A DNA stretch of 64,000 nucleotides from positions 33,032-97,031 of IMG/VR virus record IMGVR_UViG_3300033978_000724; one strand, written 5' to 3'. The stretch is from a virus. The notes beneath the pieces are model-generated. The model saw only the letters and a program-made list of their open reading frames with translations, was not told the origin of the DNA and made no database searches. The position numbers were made by a program, and so were the translations under genes. Of the stretch, positions 37,135 to 45,658 are shown piece after piece (within the stretch, counting starts at the first letter, position 1; every line of letters starts with the position of its first letter).

Positions 37135-37737
37135 ATGGGGCAACAAAAAAGCTGGCACCCAGAAGAAATAGATTTGCTGGAGGAATTGATCGAGTATTAC
37201 CCAATTCCACTGATTGCCAAAAAGATTAATAAATGGCACAAGAAAAACAACAGCAGAACAAAAAGAAGTTGTAATGCTGTCAAGGTAAAGTTAAACAGAA
37301 TGGGTTATAGTGCCACGCCAAAAGAAGACAATATGAGTGCGACCGATTGGTCAAGGCAGTTAAAGCTAAGTCATTACCGGGTGAATGATTGGGTGAAGCG
37401 GGGCGGGTTGTCATATCAAAAAATAGCCCATAATAAGTTAGCAATTAGCATTGAGCAAATGACTAACTTTGCCAGAGAAAAACCTCACTTATTCACCGAA
37501 GTACCAGAGGATATTTTGGTCTATTATTTTGGGGGTGAAGTGACAGCCAAAGTGATTGACTATAAGAGAAAACACCCTCACCCAATAGGTATCTCACGAC
37601 CTGTTTATAGGATTGATACTGGAAAACAATACAAGAGTTTACACGAAGCAGAGGATGAGACAGGGATAAGCCGGCAGTCTTTAACAAGGGAAGCTAAAAG
37701 AAGTGATGGCTGGTTGAGATTTGTGGGGGCGAAATAA
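37135..37737 (+). CDS. DNA-binding protein (Myb-like N-terminus, HTH, NUMOD1-like C-terminus), paralog 1
   Basis: W..EE..LL; RPVYRIDTGKQYKSLHEAEDETGIS. Confidence 0.75.
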   Translation: MGQQKSWHPEEIDLLEELIEYYPIPLIAKKINKWHKKNNSRTKRSCNAVKVKLNRMGYSATPKEDNMSATDWSRQLKLSHYRVNDWVKRGGLSYQKIAHNKLAISIEQMTNFAREKPHLFTEVPEDILVYYFGGEVTAKVIDYKRKHPHPIGISRPVYRIDTGKQYKSLHEAEDETGISRQSLTREAKRSDGWLRFVGAK

Positions 37738-38342
37738 TGAGTAGGAAACCAACGGGAACAAAAAAAAGATGGAGCAAAGAAGAATTAGCTTACCTGGACA
37801 GATTATGGGATTACTACCCGGCTTCTGTTATCGCCGGTAAAATCAACTATTGGCACGAAAGGAATAATAGACAAATCGTTCGGACTACTAGGGCGATCCA
37901 AGCTAAGTTAAATCATCTAGGTTTTTCTGCTACTCCGACTGAGGACAATATGACCGTCCAGGAATGGGGAAGAGGCTTAGGAGTTAAAGGTACAAGGTCT
38001 TCTAATTGGAAAGCATACGGGTTAAAATGTGTCTTAATTTCTTCTAATAAAAACATGGTAAGTGTTAAAGACATGAAGGAATTTATTTTGTCAAAACCTT
38101 ATTTATTCTCAGACATAAATCCAGAAATATTAGAATATTATTTTGGCAAGGATGTTGCTGACATAGTATCAAAAAACAAGGAGCGAAGAAGAGAATTAGT
38201 ACCATTGAAAAGAAAAATAATGAGAACAGATACCGGGGAAATATACCCCAGTGTCAGGCAAGCATCAAAAGCACTTTACCGTAGCCGATTTGTTCTTTAC
38301 AAGGAACTTAAAAAAGAAAATGGATTAGTGAGGTATGTCTAA
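37737..38342 (+). CDS. DNA-binding protein, paralog 2
   Basis: Same architecture: WSKEELAYL, SATPTEDNM, IMRTDTGEIYPSVRQA. Confidence 0.75.
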   Translation: MSRKPTGTKKRWSKEELAYLDRLWDYYPASVIAGKINYWHERNNRQIVRTTRAIQAKLNHLGFSATPTEDNMTVQEWGRGLGVKGTRSSNWKAYGLKCVLISSNKNMVSVKDMKEFILSKPYLFSDINPEILEYYFGKDVADIVSKNKERRRELVPLKRKIMRTDTGEIYPSVRQASKALYRSRFVLYKELKKENGLVRYV

Positions 38343-38623
38343 TGAAAACAACAGTTACGACTACTTCCCAAAAAAGGAAACACCTAAACCTCAATCGAGT
38401 AGAAAGTATGTCGTATGGATTAATTATTGATTGGCAGTTAGTGGATGCCGTGAACTTAAAAGATACGTGGAGAATGATCTTTTTACCCCACAAATCAGAT
38501 GATTCCTACAAGATAGCATCGTTCTTAGGAGACAAAATAGATGAATTATGGAGCGATGTGGAGACAAAAGAAGAGAGAGAATGGATTGAAAAAAATAAAC
38601 CAAAGTACCTAAAAAAGGGATGA
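38342..38623 (+). CDS. Hypothetical protein
   Basis: TAATG coupling to the upstream gene. Confidence 0.6.
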   Translation: MKTTVTTTSQKRKHLNLNRVESMSYGLIIDWQLVDAVNLKDTWRMIFLPHKSDDSYKIASFLGDKIDELWSDVETKEEREWIEKNKPKYLKKG

Positions 38624-38712
38624 AAGAAACATCCCTTTTAAACCACCTTATGCACAATTAATTATTATTATTTAAATAACACTCCAATCCCTCTCAGGAT
38701 TAGACACTTGGT

Positions 38713-39114
38713 TTAATTCAGAGTCCGATCCTCCACCAAAGTAAAGTTACCTAAAATAGTTGACCTCTCCGTGGTAGTAGTAAACTCCACGTCAAAAAAG
38801 AATACATCACCTGGGTCAAATCCAGATGTATCAGTTTTATCTATGATCGGGATGACTACCTTATAGAATTTATCAGCAGATACCTCTGTGATAACAATAC
38901 CATCCCCAACCGTGCCAGATGTTTTGGTATAAACATCAACTTTCATCCCATCAATTAATAACTTCTGCACGGTGACGGTAACGGCTAAGGTAGTGACAGC
39001 ATCCCCATAACATTCAGCTAAGATGGTGCGAGTATCAGACCTGATGATTTTTACAGGCTGTTCTGTCTCGTTAACAGGTGTTTTAGTTTCTTTCCATTTT
39101 GCATTTACTTTCAT
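38713..39114 (-). CDS. Putative virion/baseplate (BppU-N-like) protein
   Basis: I...DT......FFDVEF..TIL.GNFTLVEDRT pattern. Confidence 0.55.
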   Translation of the reverse strand: MKVNAKWKETKTPVNETEQPVKIIRSDTRTILAECYGDAVTTLAVTVTVQKLLIDGMKVDVYTKTSGTVGDGIVITEVSADKFYKVVIPIIDKTDTSGFDPGDVFFFDVEFTTTTERSTILGNFTLVEDRTLN

Positions 39115-39800
39115 TTAAAATTCATTCTCCCTACTTCAACTACATAATTCCGTGTAGTTCTGTTTCCAATGATTAACCGATAGGTCAACTCATAATATTG
39201 AGTTGTACCGACAAAGGCGGTCTCACTAGGTGTCAAGAATATTTCACCGATCCAGTTTTGCACGCCCGTCACGGGGTCAACTAATAGGGGTTTGAAGTGA
39301 AATACCTGAGAGTAATCTATCTTTTTGGAGATAACTACAGCCCCTAATAAATTAATCAATTCTAGTTTTACCGTTAATAGGTCGAGACGATAACCGTTAA
39401 TATCAAATATCAGGTTAACATTTGCTCCTTTATTAATCAGCACACCATTAGCTGATACCGATTCACCATCAGCAGACCTGAGATAAAGTAGTTTACCCGC
39501 AGGCTCCCTCTCTAATGGCAACGTAATCAAAGCGTCACACTTTGTATTGGTAAGCATTATCTCAGTCGGTTTAACCCGTGTAGCAATATTAATTACACAG
39601 TTTTTAGTATAATTCCTACTCTCACTACCACCTGTTTTCTGCATTCCCCAATCAACCCCAAAGGTGGGGCTAATCGTTTCCACACGGGATACAGTTGTTT
39701 GTAACCCCATCCGCCATCTAGTAATACCAAGATAGTCTGCTGTTATTTCAGGTGTTTCCGTAGTAGCTAAAGTCGTTGGCTGTGTATATTGTGAAGCCAT
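39111..39800 (-). CDS. Putative virion structural protein
   Basis: C-terminal LTPSET..Y.L..VVEVG pattern related to the downstream gene; in tail-fibre operon. Confidence 0.5.
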   Translation of the reverse strand: MASQYTQPTTLATTETPEITADYLGITRWRMGLQTTVSRVETISPTFGVDWGMQKTGGSESRNYTKNCVINIATRVKPTEIMLTNTKCDALITLPLEREPAGKLLYLRSADGESVSANGVLINKGANVNLIFDINGYRLDLLTVKLELINLLGAVVISKKIDYSQVFHFKPLLVDPVTGVQNWIGEIFLTPSETAFVGTTQYYELTYRLIIGNRTTRNYVVEVGRMNFK

Positions 39801-39812
39801 CTAAATCACCCC

Positions 39813-40619
39813 CTATGGATCAAGTTGATAGAGAGAACCAGACTGAATCACTAGATTAGGGTAAGAAACGCCCTCTACTATATTCAAATTAACCGCTGGT
39901 ACTAACGGACTAAACATCACGTATTGACCATCAATAAAATACTGTAAGTGAGTGATAGACCCTTGACTACCTGATACCACATCGAAACCGACATCAAGAG
40001 TTAATTCTTGTGATGCGAAAGCAGATGTATTAAAGATAGTAGAATTTCTCTCTAAGATTTTTCTACTATAATTATTCCCTACTGGTTCTGTGCCTATCGC
40101 AGTTGGAGTCGGTGCGGTTGTGGTATAGCCAATTTCAAATTGACTAGACGTAAACTCTAAAGAAACACCTCTGTAACAGTGATTCAAGATAGCATTCTTT
40201 AACCACATACTAAAGTGAGATGACACTAGGAAATCATGGTTATAACCACCGGCTAATAATACCAATTGGTCATTAAGTTTAATTAACTCCTGGTCGGTAC
40301 AATTTGCCCAGGCAAACGGACTAGGAGCTGCATTGGAAACATAAAACCCAATGGCGTAAGTTTGTCCTGTATAACCCGTTGAGATAGGGAAGGTTACATC
40401 TCTAGCCAAGAGAATTGATCCAGTAGTTGGCGGGTAAAAATAAGTTGAATCTAATTCGACTCGACTATAACCCGATCCAGTCATCTCCTGAAACGCTTGT
40501 TTAGTCCCGACGCTAACACCAATACCAACCCACGGAGTGAACCCAGCAAAGGGAATACTCTGGAATAAGTATTCCATGATCATCTGAGAACCTACATAGG
40601 TGAATGAGCCTGTTGTCAT
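39813..40619 (-). CDS. Minor tail/tail fibre protein with two internal repeats, paralog 2
   Basis: GSGYSRV..VTFPIST and NNYSRK..VGFDV repeats; aligns with 40630-41421. Confidence 0.7.
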   Translation of the reverse strand: MTTGSFTYVGSQMIMEYLFQSIPFAGFTPWVGIGVSVGTKQAFQEMTGSGYSRVELDSTYFYPPTTGSILLARDVTFPISTGYTGQTYAIGFYVSNAAPSPFAWANCTDQELIKLNDQLVLLAGGYNHDFLVSSHFSMWLKNAILNHCYRGVSLEFTSSQFEIGYTTTAPTPTAIGTEPVGNNYSRKILERNSTIFNTSAFASQELTLDVGFDVVSGSQGSITHLQYFIDGQYVMFSPLVPAVNLNIVEGVSYPNLVIQSGSLYQLDP

Positions 40620-40629
40620 GTTTTTACTC

Positions 40630-41421
40630 CTATGGGTCTAATTGGAATAGTTGACCGGCTTTTAACGCTAGTCTTTGATTTATATTGATCGGGGCAACAG
40701 TTGGCAATATATTCCACATCAGGTATTGTCCGTTGAGGAAATATATACTATGTGTTGCTGTACCCTGAACCGCTGTTGCCCAAGGAAACTCTACGATATT
40801 ATTCAACTCTTGTCCGTTGAGATTAGAGTCTTTAAAGTTAGTTGAATTACGTCCGACTAATACTCTGGCATAACCGCCCGCACCCGGTTCTGTACCAAAA
40901 CTGGCATCATTAGGCGGTGTAGTGACATAACCAAACTCAATATCAGTACCTGTTAATGCTATCGCCTCACCTCTATAAAAATGATTCAATACAGCATTTT
41001 TTAACCACATACTCCATGTGCTACCAGGTGAGAAATAATGCGTGTAAGCACCGGGTAATACTCTCAAACTATCGTAATTCTTAATCACTTCCCTCTCATT
41101 ACAATCACCCCAAGCAAAAGGCAACGGGGCAGTATTACTGGTGAAAAATCCTATCGCATAGGTTTCACCTGTAAAGCCAGTGGAAACAGGGAAAATAATC
41201 TCTTCACCTAATGTTACTTCAGCGGCGGTTGATGCTGGAAAGTAACTAGAATCTAATTGAACACGGGAATAACCAGCACCGGAAAACTCGACAAATGAGT
41301 TCTTTGATCCGTTCGCTTTTCCAATCCCTACCCAGGGAGTATCTGCTACTAATGGAATATTCTGAAATAAAAATCTCAGAATATTCAACGACCAAGGGTG
41401 CGTAAATGAGCCTATAGCCAT
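40630..41421 (-). CDS. Minor tail/tail fibre protein with two internal repeats, paralog 1
   Basis: GAGYSRV..IIFPVST and GGYARV..VEFPWAT repeats. Confidence 0.7.
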   Translation of the reverse strand: MAIGSFTHPWSLNILRFLFQNIPLVADTPWVGIGKANGSKNSFVEFSGAGYSRVQLDSSYFPASTAAEVTLGEEIIFPVSTGFTGETYAIGFFTSNTAPLPFAWGDCNEREVIKNYDSLRVLPGAYTHYFSPGSTWSMWLKNAVLNHFYRGEAIALTGTDIEFGYVTTPPNDASFGTEPGAGGYARVLVGRNSTNFKDSNLNGQELNNIVEFPWATAVQGTATHSIYFLNGQYLMWNILPTVAPININQRLALKAGQLFQLDP

Positions 41422-41568
41422 ATTGTTTAAGTTATAGTTTTACTACAGTATTATAACACGATTACATTTTGATTGTGTATATATTCTAAAGATTTTAACA
41501 ATATTTTTATATTCATTTTTTGGGATACAAAATTAGTTTAAATCGTGTCTGCGGTATCAGCAAATATT

Positions 41569-41722
41569 TATGATGGTGGTCCCGTCATTACCGTCATAAC
41601 CTAATTTACTTCACCGGCTTTACCGTCTCGACTTCACCGGCATTCTTTGTTTTATATAGGTTTTAGTGTGATGGTATTACCGGCATAGATTAACGACGGT
41701 GATGTTATGCCGGTAATGGTGT
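41569..41722. repeat. Cluster of about 11 YACCRKC(AT) motifs in both orientations
   Basis: TTACCGTCAT, TCACCGGCTT, TTACCGTCTC, TCACCGGCAT, TTACCGGCAT etc.; perfect 12-bp inverted repeat 41676-41687/41706-41717. Confidence 0.75.
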
Positions 41723-41756
41723 ATATATTCCTCAAGTCAAATCTGAGGTAATAACC

Positions 41757-42305
41757 ATGAATGAAAATGTATTCGTCCCTATTGCTGACCTGCCTGGTCG
41801 TTATAATGTATCCCGTCAAACGTTGTATGATCGAATTAAGTTTTTAAAGTTATACACCCCAAAAATGAGCGGACAAAAGCATATTTCTAGTCAGGATATT
41901 GATGTATTGGATCGGTTTCATGAACACATTATGTCGGGTAAAAATAAGAGTTCTTTTACTTTGGATAAGTCTGATTTTGATTTAGTTCCACAAGTAGTTA
42001 GTAAGCCTGTAGTAAAAGAAACTGATGTAGCCAAGATCAAAGATGTTAAACCTGTGGAGTACGTACAAGGTGATTTACTCGCACTGATTGAGAGAATTGT
42101 TGATAGGGATAAACCTATTGATTACCTTGGTAATTATCGGGCTTTAAAAGAAGCTAGTGAGAATAAATGGGTTTTATCTACTCAGAAGGTTTATGAGTTA
42201 ACCAATGTTAAACCCCATGGCGACGGGTTCTCATGGGGTTCGTTTAGGATTGTTAGGTGTGGGAAGTTGGGGCGGTCTAGTGGGTGGGTGGTCGTGAGTG
42301 GGTAA
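41757..42305 (+). CDS. HTH DNA-binding protein, cyanobacterial mobile-element type
   Basis: RYNVSRQTLYDRIKFL HTH; C-terminal WVLST..F....F.IVR.GK.GR..GW.V. Confidence 0.7.
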   Translation: MNENVFVPIADLPGRYNVSRQTLYDRIKFLKLYTPKMSGQKHISSQDIDVLDRFHEHIMSGKNKSSFTLDKSDFDLVPQVVSKPVVKETDVAKIKDVKPVEYVQGDLLALIERIVDRDKPIDYLGNYRALKEASENKWVLSTQKVYELTNVKPHGDGFSWGSFRIVRCGKLGRSSGWVVVSG

Positions 42306-42357
42306 AAGGTGTAGAGGTGTTATAATCGAGAGAGTTTAACATTATTACAAAGGACAA

Positions 42358-43197
42358 ATGCTAAAACCCAAATATTCTAAAGTACAGGCAGAAAAACTAG
42401 CCAAAAAGATTTTAAATACAAAGAAAGAACAAGAGTTTTTACCAGGGAGTGACGAACACGATCTAGTTTTATGGCTGCTAAAAGAAAGGTTCCCAAAAGA
42501 AGAGGAATTACTGCCTTATGAGATTAATGACATTGAGAACGAGAGAAAGCATCACATTCTGGGTTGGTATCACCCCAACGGTCATTTTGCTGATGACATT
42601 CAGTTAAAAATGGCGGTATCAGAAAGTGATCCATGCAAATCGTTTTGTTTTTATTTTAAAGGCGATGACGACGAGTGGCATCAGTTTTCCTACCGCAAAG
42701 CTCTGATGACTAGGTCAAAAAGAAAACCGTACTTGGTAGAAAAGGTATTTCGTTATGCGGTGTTAGATCAGACGCATGGTTTTAAACTGAAGGAAATAGA
42801 GGGGAATCCAACGTTAAAAGAGAAGAGAGAAGACGACGTTAACTCTGTTCACACAGATCACAAGGGGATTCCATTTGCTATTCTACTAGAGAGATTCCTT
42901 GAGTTAGAGAACCTAGCAAAAGAAGAGGTAGTTCTAGCACCACTACCCTTCTACTGCCAGCCTGGATACGAAATAGAAGACGACAATCTTAAGAAAAGGT
43001 GGCAACAGTACCACAAAGAGAATGCCACTCTCCAGTTATTGTCAGGAGAGGATAATATTTTGAAGTCAGCAAAAGAAGACATTCCTTTTTGTCAAAAAGA
43101 AAGGCAATTAAACGATGCTAACAAAAAACAAATATTAGCTCTGGCTTCTGTTTTGATATTCTTTATTTTGCCTTTTTATTATTTAAAATTCAGGTAA
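42358..43197 (+). CDS. DCL/DUF3223-like protein with nuclease-like C-terminal part
   Basis: FCFY......FSYRK, FRYAV..Q, HTDH..PF, W..YH...A.LQLL. Confidence 0.6.
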   Translation: MLKPKYSKVQAEKLAKKILNTKKEQEFLPGSDEHDLVLWLLKERFPKEEELLPYEINDIENERKHHILGWYHPNGHFADDIQLKMAVSESDPCKSFCFYFKGDDDEWHQFSYRKALMTRSKRKPYLVEKVFRYAVLDQTHGFKLKEIEGNPTLKEKREDDVNSVHTDHKGIPFAILLERFLELENLAKEEVVLAPLPFYCQPGYEIEDDNLKKRWQQYHKENATLQLLSGEDNILKSAKEDIPFCQKERQLNDANKKQILALASVLIFFILPFYYLKFR

Positions 43198-43233
43198 CAA
43201 AAAGGGTGCGAATATTACACGCACCCTTTTTGT
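43197..43233 (+). terminator. Intrinsic terminator
   Basis: ACAAAAAGGGTGCG..CGCACCCTTTTTGT. Confidence 0.8.
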
Positions 43234-43289
43234 CTCTACTAGTTATCACTTGACTTTTGCCGGGATTATGTTATATTAAAAAAATCTTC

Positions 43290-43521
43290 GTTCATCTCTT
43301 TTTTTTATTTGTGTATTTATTTCTTGTGGAACAAATATGATAGAGGATCGGGGCGATTTCAATACACAATAGGGTTGGTCCCCTTTTTGTGGTCTGTTAA
43401 AAATCATAGGCGGTTTGTGTTTAAGGGCTTGGTAATCCTTGATAGATCACAAACCGTTTTCAGTTTTCATAAATTAGTCTTTCCACAAAAAAAGGAACCC
43501 GATCAAGGTTCCTTTTTTGTG
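43290..43521 (+). ncRNA. Candidate ~230-nt small RNA
   Basis: TTGACT..TGTTATATT promoter (43250-43277), internal stems, terminator 43484-43521, no credible ORF. Confidence 0.5.
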
Positions 43522-43590
43522 CTTACCAGGGCAAAAGAGATAATTTTAAAACCCAGATAGAGGGTTATAGGACAATCAGGTCAAACAAGG

Positions 43591-44697
43591 TTAGTTGGCT
43601 CTCACCACTTTTTGTATTGTCTTTTTTCCCATTGACCTCTTCTGGCATTTTTTCTGGCTTACAGGCATCTGTGTTTCTTGTATATCTATCTCTTCAGTTG
43701 ACTGACGAGATTCTTTTTCAAGTATCTTATTGGAGTTGGTAACACGATCAAATAAGGCGACAGGAAATTGCTCTCGTGAATACCCAGAACTTCTTCTTAA
43801 CAAGTCCTTTGATGATTTTCCATTCAAAAAATCACTTAATAATTTTTCTGTCTTTTTGTATTTTCTCAGGAGGTCCTCTTCCGATTCTCCTCTCCCCTCA
43901 CCAATGAAAAACTCCCTCAATGCGACCATCTGAGATGCTCCTTTTGGTGGTTTCTCGTCATCCCTTGTCCCGTTTAGAAATATCTCTAATGCTATTTCTA
44001 AGTCTTTGTGATTAGACCCCGAAGCATAAGCCCTAGCCCATACAGACAAAGGAATGGCTGACCGAGTAGGACAAAGAGAACTTCCTTTTCCTTTGCTCCA
44101 TCCAAAAGATAGAGCCTTGTCGTGTACCCAGTCTATACATTCCTTGTTCTGTAGGTAAAATTTTTCGACTTCTTTCAATGAAGCATGGTTTTTTAAAGAA
44201 GTATAAGAGAATGGACAGCAGGCTTTTTTTTGATGTGTTTCTTTTAGAAACGTCAACTTCTGCCCTAACAAGCAGTATTTAAGTATTGTCACCTTTTCCT
44301 TCTCGTAACCAAGGATAGTAAAACCATCGTTTGTACTTCTTTTTTTTCCTCTATCAATAACATACCGAGATTCTGGTGCCACGTTAAGGAGAAACAACAT
44401 CTTCACTCCAGCGTGCTTAACATTTGCCGCCGCCTGCAACCTATGCTGTCCATTGACAAGCCATCCATCTTTGTCAATAATAAGAGGCTCTACACACAAA
44501 AATTCTCCAGACTCTATCGCCTTTTCTAGTCTTCTGAGATTGTCACTGCTGATATTTCGGTTTTCAGGCATATTAATTGCCAATAACGCACCTGCATCGG
44601 AATTGGTTAAGACTTTTTCTGCAAGCCTCTCAGTGTATCCTTTCCCTATCTCTGAGTAACCAAAGAAATCTTTTAAAAAAGCAATGTTTTCGTTCAT
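43591..44697 (-). CDS. ParB/Srx-like (DGQHR-type) domain protein
   Basis: NRNIS..PLIIDKDGWLVNGQHRLQAA..IDRGKKRS. Confidence 0.75.
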   Translation of the reverse strand: MNENIAFLKDFFGYSEIGKGYTERLAEKVLTNSDAGALLAINMPENRNISSDNLRRLEKAIESGEFLCVEPLIIDKDGWLVNGQHRLQAAANVKHAGVKMLFLLNVAPESRYVIDRGKKRSTNDGFTILGYEKEKVTILKYCLLGQKLTFLKETHQKKACCPFSYTSLKNHASLKEVEKFYLQNKECIDWVHDKALSFGWSKGKGSSLCPTRSAIPLSVWARAYASGSNHKDLEIALEIFLNGTRDDEKPPKGASQMVALREFFIGEGRGESEEDLLRKYKKTEKLLSDFLNGKSSKDLLRRSSGYSREQFPVALFDRVTNSNKILEKESRQSTEEIDIQETQMPVSQKKCQKRSMGKKTIQKVVRAN

Positions 44698-44728
44698 TTT
44701 TTCGGTTTATAACTCTTGACCTTTTTAT

Positions 44729-44812
44729 CAAACGGAAGTACGATCAAGAGTGAATGTAGTATAAATATACTTCCGTTTGTAGCCAAATGTACTATCAATA
44801 CATTTGGCTATG
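44729..44812 (-). promoter_or_regulatory. Two perfect 12-bp hairpins directly after a TTGATT-17-TATACT promoter
   Basis: TAGCCAAATGTA-TTGATAG-TACATTTGGCTA and CAAACGGAAGTA-N27-TACTTCCGTTTG. Confidence 0.7.
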
Positions 44813-44872
44813 TTTTCAGTATAAGACATTGAAGAGACAAAATCAACCCAAAACAGGATAGCTTATTTTTCT

Positions 44873-45517
44873 TTAAATTAAGAACCTCAAAGCCTCTTTA
44901 TGGGTATGACCAGCTTTTCTCATGGCGTTGTATATCGCTTCGGATCGATTCATTTTGCTTATTTCATCCGCTGAATATTCATTAATGCTGATGATTGGTA
45001 ATCCACTTGACTCTTTGAACTCATTAATTTTTCTGCCATATTCCCAATCCTTAGAACAACCATCTTGCTGTAACCAGAAAGTTAATAATGGGTGAAAACG
45101 CTCTCTATGTATTTGACGTTCTCTTAAAAAGTTTTGCCGGTCTTCTTCCGTGAATTTAACGTGAAAAGCGTCACAAAATAATTGATGCCATCCTAAATCA
45201 TTTAAGTCACGAACTAAGTCCATTGCTTTTTGGTTGCCAGAAAAAGCTAACTCAACTATCAATCGGGACCAACTTTCTAACGGAATAATATTGACAGCTT
45301 TTTGATTAAAAGGGGTTTTCCATTGTTCAAACTCAATGGATGTCTGAGAAACCTTTGCTAGTAGTCGCTTGAGGTCTCTTGACGCTGTATTCCTGGATGT
45401 CTCGAAAATATCTGCGTACTGGGGAACTGCCACACCAAAACGACAACCTTCGGCCATCAATCCTTCTATCGTGTGCGTCCCGACTTTAACCGTAGCAATT
45501 TGTGCTTTAATACTCAT
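44873..45517 (-). CDS. Phage regulatory protein, KilA-N/P63C-associated-like N-terminal domain
   Basis: KAQIATVKVG..IEGLM..ASRDLKRLL..GNQKA..LFCDAF; GAGGA RBS in leader L4. Confidence 0.6.
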   Translation of the reverse strand: MSIKAQIATVKVGTHTIEGLMAEGCRFGVAVPQYADIFETSRNTASRDLKRLLAKVSQTSIEFEQWKTPFNQKAVNIIPLESWSRLIVELAFSGNQKAMDLVRDLNDLGWHQLFCDAFHVKFTEEDRQNFLRERQIHRERFHPLLTFWLQQDGCSKDWEYGRKINEFKESSGLPIISINEYSADEISKMNRSEAIYNAMRKAGHTHKEALRFLI

Positions 45518-45587
45518 GTGTCCTCTTACTTAGGATACTCCCCTTAAGGCCCCGGTATTTCCAGTACCAACCTGTGAAGGGGTTTTT
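45518..45587 (-). promoter_or_regulatory. Conserved structured leader L4
   Basis: Covarying copy; TGTTATAAT extended -10 upstream. Confidence 0.8.
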
Positions 45588-45658
45588 GCATGAATAATTA
45601 TAACATAAAAACCGCCTGGGCGATATACACCCAGACGGTAAAAGAGGTTTAAAACTTA

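Noticed and set aside
39813-41421. Diversity-generating retroelement or shufflon acting on the tail fibre paralogs
   Set aside because: No reverse transcriptase or invertase, and no adenine-specific near-identical repeat seen.
41569-41722. CRISPR mini-array
   Set aside because: Repeats are about 7-10 nt, in mixed orientation and irregularly spaced; no cas genes.
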